64,000 bases of DNA from Oscillospiraceae bacterium (GTDB taxonomy: Bacteria; Bacillota; Clostridia; Oscillospirales; Ruminococcaceae), in contig JAVBNO010000019.1 in the NCBI GenBank assembly GCA_031551485.1, forward strand, positions 7,574 through 71,573, in the 5' to 3' direction. How positions within the stretch are numbered: position 1 is the stretch's first letter; the number at the start of each line of letters is the position of its first letter. The position numbers and the translations under genes were made by a program. This document shows positions 44,112-54,051 of the stretch, one piece after another. The notes beneath the pieces were generated by a model. It searched no databases and was not told where the DNA came from. It saw only the letters and a list, made by a program, of their open reading frames with translations.

Positions 44112-45048
44112 ATCGTGCGCAGAACAGAGTGCCGGCGGTGCCTTGCAAGGCGGCGGAGGCCTCCTCCAGGGCGCCGATGATGGCCACTTTTTCTGCTTGG
44201 TCTTCCACAAAATTGACACAGGCCTCCACTTTGGGCAGCATGCTGCCGGGGGCGAAATGGCCTTCGGCAATGTACCGGCGGGCCTCGTCGACATTGACGC
44301 GGTCCAGCGTGCGCTGGAGCGGCGTGCCCCAGTGGATGGCCACCTTGGGCACTGCCGTCAGAAGAAAGAGGCAGTCGGCGTCTATGGTTTGGGCCAGCCG
44401 GGCCGCGGTCAGGTCTTTGTCAATGACGGCAGCCACCGGCGCAAGGCTTTGGCCTTCCCGGCAGACAGGAATGCCGCCGCCCCCGCCCGCAATGACCGTA
44501 TATCCCTGGTTCATCAGGGCTTTCAGGATGTCTTTTTCCACAATATCGACGGGGAGGGGGGAGGGCACAACCCGGCGATACCCCCGTCCCGCATCGTCCA
44601 CCATCGACCAGCTCATGGTGCGGGCCAGCTCGTCGCTTTCTTCTTTTGTATAGTAGCGGCCGATAGGTTTGGTGGGATTTTGAAAAGCGGGGTCGGTTTT
44701 GTCGACAACCACCTGGGTGACTACAGTCGCAAACTTGGCGTCCAGGTGTTGGGCGGCGGCTTCCTCATACAGGCTTTTTTGAATATGAAAGCCCATATAC
44801 CCCTGGCTCATGGCGCCGCATTCGGCCAGGGGCATGGCAGGGGTGCCGATGCCGGCGCGATAGGCGTAATCCATGGCCATATACAAAGCGCCAACCTGGG
44901 GGCCGTTGCCGTGCACGATCACAAGGGTGTGGCCCTCTTTCATCATTTGCACCACCGGAACCACCAACCCCTTCAGCAGCCGGAGCTGCTCTTCAGGCGA
45001 AGTACCCAGGGCATTGCCGCCAATGGCAATCACAACTTTAGACAACAC
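44110..45048 (-). CDS. arcC: Carbamate kinase
   Basis: VVIAIGGNALG, VIVHGNGPQVG and VIAGGGGGIPV motifs. GTG or TTG start at about 45045-45048 after GGAGGTGA, overlapping the upstream stop. Confidence 0.85.
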   Translation of the reverse strand: MLSKVVIAIGGNALGTSPEEQLRLLKGLVVPVVQMMKEGHTLVIVHGNGPQVGALYMAMDYAYRAGIGTPAMPLAECGAMSQGYMGFHIQKSLYEEAAAQHLDAKFATVVTQVVVDKTDPAFQNPTKPIGRYYTKEESDELARTMSWSMVDDAGRGYRRVVPSPLPVDIVEKDILKALMNQGYTVIAGGGGGIPVCREGQSLAPVAAVIDKDLTAARLAQTIDADCLFLLTAVPKVAIHWGTPLQRTLDRVNVDEARRYIAEGHFAPGSMLPKVEACVNFVEDQAEKVAIIGALEEASAALQGTAGTLFCAR

Positions 45049-46456
45049 CCTCACCTCCGGTGGCTGTGTGCGCTTCGGACAATGCTGCCAGCGCTTTCTC
45101 AAAGCATTCTGCGGGTGGGTTCACCAGACCGGCGCCCACCTGGCCAATGCCAGGCTTTTTGTGGGCGATGCCGGTATTAATGATAGGCAATACGCCGGTG
45201 GCAATCACTTTGCGCACATCAATGCCAATGGGACTGCCGCGAAAATCCAGCGGCGGAACCGAGTAAGCATTGTTTTCACCGGTCGTGATTTGATACATAG
45301 AAGTGGTGTAGGCATAGGCGTCGGAAACCGTGCCGCCCACAAATTGGACGATAGCGGGGGAGGCCGCCATCGAAAAGCCGCCAATGCCCATTGTTTCGGT
45401 GATGGCGCTGTCGCCAATGTCGGGGTTGCAGTCGTCGTCAGAAAAGCCGGGGAATAAAAGCCCCCGCACCATCTGGGCCGGGCCGGTAAACCATTTGTCG
45501 GGCAAGCCGCTGATGCGCAGGCCAAATTCCACGCCGTTGCGGGCCATGGCGGTAACCAATGTGGAACCTGCAATGCCGTTGGCTGTATCAAGGGCACATT
45601 TGCAGGCTGCCATGGAAAGGTTGAGGAAGTAATGTTCGTTGGCGGCGATAAAAGTCAATGTGGCGGCCGCGGCGTCCCGGTCTTCATCGGCCATCAGGCG
45701 GCCAGCCCATTCCCGCAGCAAAAGGGCAGTGGCCGCTTTGTTGCGGTTGTGGCATTCGTCACCCATATGCAGCGCCTGGGCCGTCATGGTTTTGAGCTCG
45801 ATGGGGCGGCCCTTTAAAATACGCTTAAGGGTGGGGGCAATTGTATTTTGGATTTTTACCAGCCGCTCGAGCACTTCTGCATCGTTGGCGCCGTAACGCA
45901 ACACTTTGCCCAACCCCTCGTTAATGGTGGCAAAAGAACGGCCTGTTCCGGCGGCGTCCTCTACCACATGTACCGGCATAGAGGCCGAAATGATACCGGC
46001 CATCGGCCCGACAGCCCCGAACTCGTGGCAAGGGGCGAAGCGGATTTTGCCGGACAACGCCAGCGTATGCGCTTCCGCGGTATCTTTGGCCAGCCCTTCA
46101 TAGACCAAAGCGCCCATGACAGCGCCCTGCATGGCGCCGCACATATCGGCGTAGGCAATGGGGGGGCCGGCATGCAGAATTGTCTCTTTGGTCATGCCGG
46201 GAATGACGTCACCGGCTGTGACCACATCGACCAGCAGGGGATTGGCCCCTAATATATTGCTTAGGGCTTTTTGGTTTGCTTTTTCCACGGCGTCACTGTC
46301 TAATTGGCCAAGCATGGCCAAAAGACGCAGGTCGCCCCCCGCGGGGGGTGTCCACTGTAGCTGGATGGCATTGGCCCCCTGGGCCAGCATATCATCATAA
46401 AAGGTAGGCACGCCGACATTGATGGCGTGAAGCGGTTCTGCAAACAGATGGTTCAT
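45038..46456 (-). CDS. DUF1116-like protein (YlbE-like, FdrA-associated)
   Basis: ATGA overlap with the fdrA stop. The assignment rests mainly on the conserved fdrA-ylbE-(ylbF)-carbamate kinase synteny and on length (~470 aa). Confidence 0.6.
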   Translation of the reverse strand: MNHLFAEPLHAINVGVPTFYDDMLAQGANAIQLQWTPPAGGDLRLLAMLGQLDSDAVEKANQKALSNILGANPLLVDVVTAGDVIPGMTKETILHAGPPIAYADMCGAMQGAVMGALVYEGLAKDTAEAHTLALSGKIRFAPCHEFGAVGPMAGIISASMPVHVVEDAAGTGRSFATINEGLGKVLRYGANDAEVLERLVKIQNTIAPTLKRILKGRPIELKTMTAQALHMGDECHNRNKAATALLLREWAGRLMADEDRDAAAATLTFIAANEHYFLNLSMAACKCALDTANGIAGSTLVTAMARNGVEFGLRISGLPDKWFTGPAQMVRGLLFPGFSDDDCNPDIGDSAITETMGIGGFSMAASPAIVQFVGGTVSDAYAYTTSMYQITTGENNAYSVPPLDFRGSPIGIDVRKVIATGVLPIINTGIAHKKPGIGQVGAGLVNPPAECFEKALAALSEAHTATGGEGVV

Positions 46457-48000
46457 CCTTGCGCCCTCCCTGCCGCAACGGCTACGGCCATGTTGACCGC
46501 CTGCCAGTTGCTTTCTGCCACCATGACGCCCAGCTCTTGTAATTTTTGCACTTGGCCGGCCCAATTTTGGGGGTCGCCCCGGGTGCCCAGCACATAGCCG
46601 ATCAGGGCAAGGCGGCGGCCGGCTGCTTTGGCAATTTCCTGCGCTTTGCGAATGGCGTCTGCTGTGGCGCCAACGGGGTCTTCGTGGGAGCCATAGCCCA
46701 ATTCAAAATCCAGCAGCAAGACCGCGGTTTCCTCGTCTTCGGCCTCTTTGACAAGGCGGCCCAGCCGCACGGTGGGGTCGATCATGGGGTGGGCGCGGCC
46801 GGCGGTGAATATATCGTCGCCCAAATCGACAATGGCATGTTTTTCACTGTGCATCGCGTCTTTCAGCCGATACTCCGGCTTTTTGCTGATGTTGCTGTAA
46901 ACGGGGGCATTCAGCCAGTTGCGCATGATGTGTTCGGCTTCGGCCGCCAGCGTGCCGCCGCAATACAGCGCCCGGATATATTTTTGTGTGGGCGCCAGCG
47001 CCAAAGCAGCCGCTTTCAGCGCCTCTTCGTCCATCCGTTCGCCGGTGTTGACCGCGGTGCCGGTGGCGCTTTTCACCGCCAGCTCAGCGGCGTGGGCCAG
47101 GCTGGAAGCAAAAAGGATATTGTCGTGATTTTCGTCATGGTCGCCTACAAAACAGACGACAACCTTTTTGGGTATCTCTTGGGCGCAGGCAAGAATGCGG
47201 CTGCGCACTTCGGGATAAGGCGGCTTGGAAATAATGACAATGACATTCGTCTTCTCATCCTCGCCAAGCAGCTTGAGGCCGTCCAACATCATCAGGCCGC
47301 CCACATCGGCGGAAAGGTCGCGGCCGCCCACGCCAATGGCCTGGGAAATGCCGCCGCCTAAGCGGTCGATGAGGGTAGACACTTCCTGAAGACCGGTGCC
47401 CGCCGCCGCCACAAGGCCAATGTCGCCTCGCCCCACCACATTGGCAAAGCACAGGCCGACGCCGCCAATGATGGCGGTGCCGCAGTCGGGCCCCATTATC
47501 AGCAGGCCTTTTTCGTGGGCATATTGCTTAAGGCGGATTTCCTCTTCCAAGGATACATTGTCGGAAAACAGCATGACATGCAGCCCGGCTTTCAGAGCTT
47601 CCATGGCTTCGTGGGCTGCAAACTGCCCGGCAGTGGAGATGACCGCCATTTGGGTTTGGGGGTTGGCGCGGGCCGCTGCTCCAATGGTTTTGTACTGGGT
47701 GGCGGCGGATTTGGCGCCGACATCCGCTTTGCGCTGCAGCAGGGCAAACGCTTGCTGAACAGCGCTTTCGCAAAGGGCGTCGTCGGCCGCCTGTATGGCG
47801 ACCAGCAGATCGTTGCCGCCTGCCTCTTCCGCCTGGGGCGTAAGCATGCCCACTCCGGCCAGCAGTTCTTTGTTCATGGGGGTGGCCATGGAGACAATGG
47901 CTTGCTGAACCCCTTCCAGCGCCAGCAGCTTTTTGGAAAGCATCATTAAAGAGACAGAGTCATGATAGCTGTTTTTCTTGATGGTTACAATTTGGGCCAA
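46453..48000 (-). CDS. fdrA: FdrA-family protein (succinyl-CoA-synthetase-alpha-like CoA-binding/ligase fold)
   Basis: Motifs KKNSYHDSVSLMMLSKKL, GPDCGTAIIGGVGLCFANVV and GLVAAAGTGLQEV…GVGGRDL. A TTG start at 48000 after GAGGTGA is preferred; the ATG at 48114 lacks a ribosome-binding site. Confidence 0.8.
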   Translation of the reverse strand: MAQIVTIKKNSYHDSVSLMMLSKKLLALEGVQQAIVSMATPMNKELLAGVGMLTPQAEEAGGNDLLVAIQAADDALCESAVQQAFALLQRKADVGAKSAATQYKTIGAAARANPQTQMAVISTAGQFAAHEAMEALKAGLHVMLFSDNVSLEEEIRLKQYAHEKGLLIMGPDCGTAIIGGVGLCFANVVGRGDIGLVAAAGTGLQEVSTLIDRLGGGISQAIGVGGRDLSADVGGLMMLDGLKLLGEDEKTNVIVIISKPPYPEVRSRILACAQEIPKKVVVCFVGDHDENHDNILFASSLAHAAELAVKSATGTAVNTGERMDEEALKAAALALAPTQKYIRALYCGGTLAAEAEHIMRNWLNAPVYSNISKKPEYRLKDAMHSEKHAIVDLGDDIFTAGRAHPMIDPTVRLGRLVKEAEDEETAVLLLDFELGYGSHEDPVGATADAIRKAQEIAKAAGRRLALIGYVLGTRGDPQNWAGQVQKLQELGVMVAESNWQAVNMAVAVAAGRAQG

Positions 48001-48159
48001 GTTGTTCACCTCGTAACGTTTACCGATTGCTGTGGGCAAGCTCCCTTTTAGGGAGGTGGGTCTGGCAGCGGCCGAAAGCCGTTGCCAGACCGCGTGTTTG
48101 GGATGTAGCATCATAAAAGAAAATGGTTGAAAATAATCATGCGGGGTGTTGCAATTGCC

Positions 48160-49749
48160 CTATTCTTCGGTCAGCACGTTTTCCTCTTTGCGATAGATGG
48201 ACATCAGGAAGAGAACGACGGCCATGCCCACGTAACCAAGCCAAACCTGAGGCGACATGTTGATGCCGAAGGAGGAAGAATGGATGATGCCGAAGAAGGA
48301 GAGAGCGGCGCAGATGACGGCGTAGATGGAGGCGCGTTTGTAGTTTCTATCCAAGATGTAGATGGCAATGGCCGCCAGCATCATAGCGATAAGAATGTCG
48401 CCCTGGCCCAACCGCAGCCAACCCAGGAAGGGCACGCCGTTTTGGGACAGAAGGGCGTTGCTGACCACAACAGAACCGGGGCCGCCGTTCAGAAGAGAAA
48501 CGGACACCGCCTGGCCGGCCTCGGCCAGCGCCGCGTTAATGGCGCCCACAGCCGAGTTTACTTTCAGGGCTACAATGCTGCCGATAAAAGGCATAAAGGA
48601 AAAGATAATGGCGGGGTAGTGGTGCTTTTTCGCCGTTTGGAAGGCCTGGGTGCCAATCACGATGCCGATATAAACCAAAATCGGCAACAGGGCGACCAGC
48701 GGAATGACGGCGGAAACCAGGCGAAGCAGGCCGGTAAAGGCAAGAATGATAATGGCGATACCGGTGAGCAGCGCATAGCCAATGCGGGCGCCGGTGGCTT
48801 TCCAGCCGGGATGGCCGATGTAAATGATGGTCGGGAACGGGCTGCCCAGCAGGGAACCGATAATGGTCATGGCAGCGGGAACGGCCATCGCTTTGGCGAC
48901 CGGATATTTTTCACCGGCAGCGTCGGCACTTTCCAGGTTATCAAGGCTTTCTAAAAAGTCGTAAATGGCAAGAGGGATGGCGGCGGGCAGGAAGGGGGCG
49001 ATGACGGAGAAACCTTTGCCCAGCAGGCCGACTGCCAGATAGGGCAGCGGAATGTTAAACGCCTGAACAGCAGAAGCAACGGCGTCGGGCTTCAGGTAGC
49101 CGGTGGCCCAGGCAATAATGGTGCCGATGAGAATGGCGAAAGCGCCGGCGGGCATGCCAAAGGGCATTTTTTTGCCGGAAAGCCAGCCCACCAACAGAAT
49201 GGCCAGGCAGACGAGGCCGATGTAAGGCACCGTGAAAACTTCGCCGATGGGGTTACCGGAAATGAGGGTGATGGCCAAACCGGCCAGGGCGCCCAACATG
49301 GCGGAGCGGGGGATGTATTTTTTGAGGGTAGGGCCGACAAAAGCGCCTATCATCATCACAATGCCCTGAATCAGGTTCCAGGCAATGCCGGCGGCCCAGG
49401 CGGTAAGCCAATCCTGGGTGGCGATGTAAACCGGCAGGATGACGCCCAAAGCGACCGCAAAATAGTGGGGTACGCTTAAGCCGTAAGGCATGGCCGTCAC
49501 ATCGCTACGGTTTTCGCGCTTGGAAAGGCTTTTGGCCATAATGGCCAGGATGATGTTGCCCACGCCAATGGAAATGGCGACACCGGGCACAATTTTGCCG
49601 TAAACCATGTCGGCAGGCATGGCGATGGCGAATGCCAGCAGGCCAATGGCCGTTAAGAAATTGGCGAGGGAGTTGGAAAACAGACCGAAAAATCCGTTGA
49701 TGTCGCCGGAGACCCACCAGGGGGTGCCGGCAGTCGATTTACTACTCAT
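48160..49749 (-). CDS. Polytopic permease, NCS2-superfamily-like (purine/nucleobase-type), paralog A
   Basis: The ATG at 49749 follows GAGGAGG. About 13 TM segments. Shares the motifs DINGFFGLF.N..AN, P.G.SVPH and IYIGHPGWK..GAR.GY with paralog B. Confidence 0.6.
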   Translation of the reverse strand: MSSKSTAGTPWWVSGDINGFFGLFSNSLANFLTAIGLLAFAIAMPADMVYGKIVPGVAISIGVGNIILAIMAKSLSKRENRSDVTAMPYGLSVPHYFAVALGVILPVYIATQDWLTAWAAGIAWNLIQGIVMMIGAFVGPTLKKYIPRSAMLGALAGLAITLISGNPIGEVFTVPYIGLVCLAILLVGWLSGKKMPFGMPAGAFAILIGTIIAWATGYLKPDAVASAVQAFNIPLPYLAVGLLGKGFSVIAPFLPAAIPLAIYDFLESLDNLESADAAGEKYPVAKAMAVPAAMTIIGSLLGSPFPTIIYIGHPGWKATGARIGYALLTGIAIIILAFTGLLRLVSAVIPLVALLPILVYIGIVIGTQAFQTAKKHHYPAIIFSFMPFIGSIVALKVNSAVGAINAALAEAGQAVSVSLLNGGPGSVVVSNALLSQNGVPFLGWLRLGQGDILIAMMLAAIAIYILDRNYKRASIYAVICAALSFFGIIHSSSFGINMSPQVWLGYVGMAVVLFLMSIYRKEENVLTEE

Positions 49750-49856
49750 CGTGTTAATTTCCTCCTCGAAATATGATTTTTGGATACAAAAAACCAGGCC
49801 CTGGCTTATTGCCACATTGACCAGGGCGGTTTGACAAAGAAAAGAGGGGGCGCTGT

Positions 49857-50528
49857 TTATTTCTGCATGGCTTCCATTACTTTGGCCGAAGTGGACACCC
49901 AACCGAAGATGCCGCCCTGCTGGTATACCATACGGGCCGCGTCGTCGTGGTCCTTTTTATCGAAAGCGGCGCAGCAGTCGTCCAGCATCAAACACTCAAA
50001 GCCCCTGTCATTGGCTTCGCGGAGCGTTGTGGTGACGCAGACATGGGTGGTGACGCCGCAAAAAAGCATGTGCGTAATACCTTTGTTGCGCAAAATCAGC
50101 TCAAGGTCAGTGGAATAAAAGGCGCCTTTGCCAGGTTTGTCAATGATGGGCTCGCCGTCAATGGGATACAGTTCTTCCACAATGTCGTGGCCCAGTTCGC
50201 CCCGCACCAAAATGCGTCCCATGGGGCCGCAGTCGCCAATGCCGGCACCCTGGCGTTTGCCACGGGCCAGTTTGTTGGGCGGGCAATCGCTTAAATCGGG
50301 GCGGTGGCCTTCGCGGGTATGAAGAATGAACATGCCTTTTTCGCGGGCAAAGTGCAACATCTTTTGGACAACGGGAATGATGCTGGCCGTGGGGGTAATG
50401 TCGTTGCCCAGCTTTTCGCCAAAGCCGCCGGGGGCGCAAAAATCGCGCTGCATGTCAATGAGGATGAGGGCGGTGGTCTCCAGCGGGAATTCAAACGCGT
50501 AGGGTTCGGCATCAACAGAGTATTTCAT
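49857..50528 (-). CDS. Isochorismatase-family cysteine hydrolase (RutB / N-carbamoyl-amide amidohydrolase-like)
   Basis: ALILIDMQRDFCAPGG (Asp), conserved Lys region, FCGVTTHVCVTTTLREANDRG (catalytic Cys). Confidence 0.8.
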   Translation of the reverse strand: MKYSVDAEPYAFEFPLETTALILIDMQRDFCAPGGFGEKLGNDITPTASIIPVVQKMLHFAREKGMFILHTREGHRPDLSDCPPNKLARGKRQGAGIGDCGPMGRILVRGELGHDIVEELYPIDGEPIIDKPGKGAFYSTDLELILRNKGITHMLFCGVTTHVCVTTTLREANDRGFECLMLDDCCAAFDKKDHDDAARMVYQQGGIFGWVSTSAKVMEAMQK

Positions 50529-50558
50529 AGGGGGGCGCTCCTCTCGTCAATATAAAAT

Positions 50559-52076
50559 TTAAAGGGATTCTTCTATGTATTCCTGTTTAAAGAACAGCAA
50601 AATCAAAGCAGCCAACAGCAGGTAGCCAATGCTGACCTCCAGGGCGGCCGCAAAACCGACCTGGGCCGCGTGAATGATGCCAAAAAAGGATAATGCAGCG
50701 GCAATGCAGGAGGTGACAATGGCTTGTTTTTGCTTGCGCTCGATTAAAAATACGGTAATGGTGGCCCAAATGATGCCTACCACAATGGCGCCGCTGCCCA
50801 ACGTTGTCAGCCCGCCGAAGTAAATGCCGTTGGCGGCAAATGTTTCGGGGGCAATGGCGCCGGGGTTGCTCCCCGCCGAGACGACCGCGTTGGACACCAT
50901 CGTTTTACACCAGTCCGCCAAAGAGGGTAAAATGGCCATCACAACGGCCGGCGTGTGGGATTTTGGGATATTTTCGAAAGCCTGGGAGCCGATGACGACA
51001 CCGATATAAATTAAAATGGGCAGCAGGGCCGCAATGGGAATGGCGCTTAGCAGCACCGATTCAATGCCCAAAAGGGTCAGCAACAGAACACCCAAACCGG
51101 TCATCCAGCCGTAACCCAGCCGCGCACCGACGCTTTTCCAGCCGGGATGTCCAATATAAACAGCAGTGGGTACCGGATTGCCCAGACAGCCGCCAATGAA
51201 GCTGGTGATGCCGTCAAAGAGCATAATTTGGGTTGTATTGTATTTGTCGCCCGCCACTTCGGCACTTTCCAGGTTATCCATGGTTTCAATAAAATTGTAA
51301 ATGCCGAAGGGAATAGCGATAAGCAAATAGGGCAGGACGACGGTAAAATGTTGCAGCGTAACGCCCAAGGTGACGCCCGGCAACGCAAAACCAACGCTGG
51401 AGAAAGATTGCACCAGCGCCGATGCGCTCATCCGGCCGCTACCCCAACCAATGGCTGTGCCTACCACAATGGCCACCAGGCCCGCGGGCATGCCCCAGGG
51501 CATTTTCTTTTTGGCAATCCAGCCCATCAGCAGTACGCCCAGGCAGACGATGGTGATGGCCGGCATCCCCCAGGCCTGCGCCGCCGAATTGGTCATGATG
51601 TAGGGGATGGAGACGCCCGCCAAAGAACCCAGCAGCGCGGCGCGGGGTACAAATTCACGCACTTTTTTGCCAATGACCGCACCCAGGCACTCAATCACCG
51701 CTTCGATCAGGCACCAAGCCAAGCCCGCGTACCAGGCAATCATGGGGTCACCTGTTTGCAGTTTAATGGGCAGCATGACGCCAAATACAATGATAAACAT
51801 ATGGGGTACGCTGATGCCTGTGGGCAGCGCGGTGACAGTATCTCGCTTTTCTACTTTGGACAGCTTATACCCAGCATAAAAATAGCACAGACAGCTGATA
51901 AAAATAGCGATGCCCACGCCGGGTAAAATCCGCCGGAAAACAATGTCGGCCGGGAGCTCGATCACATACAAAAGCAAGCTTGTCAGGACAAGAATGTTTG
52001 CGATGTTGTTGGTAAAGAGCCCAAAAAAACCATTGATGTCAGATTTTTGCCAAACTTTAACCTTTTCTGTTTGCAT
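50559..52076 (-). CDS. Polytopic permease, NCS2-superfamily-like, paralog B
   Basis: GGAGGTGGG ribosome-binding site. Same motif set as paralog A. It is the first gene of the minus-strand operon. Confidence 0.6.
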   Translation of the reverse strand: MQTEKVKVWQKSDINGFFGLFTNNIANILVLTSLLLYVIELPADIVFRRILPGVGIAIFISCLCYFYAGYKLSKVEKRDTVTALPTGISVPHMFIIVFGVMLPIKLQTGDPMIAWYAGLAWCLIEAVIECLGAVIGKKVREFVPRAALLGSLAGVSIPYIMTNSAAQAWGMPAITIVCLGVLLMGWIAKKKMPWGMPAGLVAIVVGTAIGWGSGRMSASALVQSFSSVGFALPGVTLGVTLQHFTVVLPYLLIAIPFGIYNFIETMDNLESAEVAGDKYNTTQIMLFDGITSFIGGCLGNPVPTAVYIGHPGWKSVGARLGYGWMTGLGVLLLTLLGIESVLLSAIPIAALLPILIYIGVVIGSQAFENIPKSHTPAVVMAILPSLADWCKTMVSNAVVSAGSNPGAIAPETFAANGIYFGGLTTLGSGAIVVGIIWATITVFLIERKQKQAIVTSCIAAALSFFGIIHAAQVGFAAALEVSIGYLLLAALILLFFKQEYIEESL

Positions 52077-52402
52077 TTACCCACCTCCAAGTCAAACACG
52101 CTTTATGATTGGCCATATATTCAGGAACCGGAAAGGGCATTGCCTGTGGCAAAGGCGCCGCCGGTGTCCGTTCCCTGCCTACGAAAGTATTATCAAATCG
52201 CTTCAAAGCGACAACATCCTCACTGTTATGTTAACAAATAAAAACTAAAACGACATCGTGTTCAAGACATAAGAAACTGCAGTGTAATTTGTCATCCAGT
52301 GACAAATGGGTTGAATTTTGATCAAAGATTTACGGCGTTTTTAGTGGAATAGTGCCATATGGTGTGATATAATAACAAAAACATCTGCAAAAGGGAGGGG
52401 GA

Positions 52403-54004
52403 ATGGGGTTGACGCTGGACGAATTGCTGACCATTGGGCCGTTAAAAGGCGCCATAGTGCTGACCGGCGGGCAAAGTCTGCACTGCGAAGTGGGAGACAT
52501 TGCCGTCATGGAAGTGCCGGATATTGAGGACTACGTCAAAAAAGACGATTTTTTGCTGACCACCTTTTTCCCCATTCATAAAGATCCCCAGCGGCTGGAA
52601 AGAATCATCCCTGCTCTCCACCGCTTGGGGCTTTGCGGCATCGGCATCAAATCCAACCGCTATTTGGGCCGAATACCCGACAAAATGCTGGAACAAGCCA
52701 ACGAGCTGGGTTTTCCCATTGTGGCAGTGCCCGAAAATGTCAATTTTTCCGATGTGATCACCAACTATTTGCGGGACAAATTGCGTATACGCAATAGCGA
52801 GCTGGAGTATCGGGACAGTCTGCACAGCATTACAATGGAAATGCTGATGCAGGGTTACGGTTTTCAGGAACTGGCGGATACCATCCAAAAGACAATGGGC
52901 CGCAACGTTTTGCTATTGTCCAGCGACGGGCTGTCCCTTACGCCCAACGAGGGAGAGCTGATTGGTGAAGAGGACTTTGCGCTGTTGACCCAAGCAGTGG
53001 GTGCGCTCGCGCCCGGCAACCATATACAGTCGGTTTTTGTAGGCCATATCGAGTGGTTCATCTTTCCGGTTGTCCACGGTTTTCACACAACCGGGTACAT
53101 TTTACTGGAGGGTGTAGGCGAACCATTGCGAGAGGCCGACCGCATTACTATTGAGCAGTATGCCGCTGTCTTCACCGTCATCCGGCAAAAAAACCTGTCC
53201 ATTGTGGAATTGGAAAAGCGTTATTCCAACGAGTTTGCCTACGACCTGCTGCTGCGGGAACCGCCAACACTGGCGACGGCGGTGAACCGGGCCCGAACCA
53301 TCGGCTGGCATCTGTCTTTTCCCTCTGTGGTTGTGGTGGTGGAGATGCCGGTTCGCGGACAGGACGACTACAGCTATCGCGACCAGTTTGCCATTCGGCT
53401 TAGGCACGAAGCGCTGCTGCGATACGGGGTGGGGCACGAGCAGTTCTTCATCGCCAACATCGGCGACGAAATCACCCTTTTGCTCAACCGCGAAGCCGTC
53501 AAAAAACAAAGCGAACTTGTGGATTTAATTTACCAGTGCGCCAACCGGAACGCCGAGCAACAATATTTTATCGGGGTTTCCAACCCGGTGTCGCAGATGA
53601 ACTTGTTTCAGCGCCGGTTTCACGAAGGCCAAAAGGCCATTCAAATTGCCAGGCTGATTGGGCACACGCGGCCGCTGTGTTTTCGGGACGCGGGTATTTA
53701 CCGGGTGTTGCATCACCAGCATATCCGGGATGAGCTGCTTTCTTTTTGCAAAGATACCATCGGCGCGGTCATCCAATACGACAACAGTCACAATTCCAAT
53801 TATTTAGAAACGATGGAAACGATTTTTACCTGCGAAGGCAATTACAAAAAAGCGGCTGCCGCGCTGTACTTGCACTACAACACCCTGCGGTACCGGGTGC
53901 GGGTGATTGCCGAACTGTTGGGCATCGAACCGGCTTCACTGCATTTTCGACAGGACATCTATCTGGCGGTAAAAGCATACAAATTGTTTGACGAGGCTGT
54001 ATAG
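52403..54004 (+). CDS. pucR: PucR-family transcriptional regulator (purine catabolism regulator-like)
   Basis: 533 aa with a PucR-type N-terminal sensor domain and a C-terminal HTH (AAAALYLHYNTLRYRVRVIAELLG). Divergent from the catabolic operon. Confidence 0.8.
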   Translation: MGLTLDELLTIGPLKGAIVLTGGQSLHCEVGDIAVMEVPDIEDYVKKDDFLLTTFFPIHKDPQRLERIIPALHRLGLCGIGIKSNRYLGRIPDKMLEQANELGFPIVAVPENVNFSDVITNYLRDKLRIRNSELEYRDSLHSITMEMLMQGYGFQELADTIQKTMGRNVLLLSSDGLSLTPNEGELIGEEDFALLTQAVGALAPGNHIQSVFVGHIEWFIFPVVHGFHTTGYILLEGVGEPLREADRITIEQYAAVFTVIRQKNLSIVELEKRYSNEFAYDLLLREPPTLATAVNRARTIGWHLSFPSVVVVVEMPVRGQDDYSYRDQFAIRLRHEALLRYGVGHEQFFIANIGDEITLLLNREAVKKQSELVDLIYQCANRNAEQQYFIGVSNPVSQMNLFQRRFHEGQKAIQIARLIGHTRPLCFRDAGIYRVLHHQHIRDELLSFCKDTIGAVIQYDNSHNSNYLETMETIFTCEGNYKKAAAALYLHYNTLRYRVRVIAELLGIEPASLHFRQDIYLAVKAYKLFDEAV

Positions 54005-54051
54005 AGTGGTACAATCGACAGGCAGAAAACAGTCTGAAAGGGGGAGGGGCT

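Noticed and set aside
46453-48114. Long form of fdrA starting at ATG 48114
   Set aside because: The first 38 codons (MMLHPKHAVWQRLSAAARPTS…) are not FdrA-like and lack a ribosome-binding site. A TTG at 48000 follows GAGGTGA and gives the canonical …IVTIKKNSYHDSVSLM N-terminus. The choice remains uncertain.
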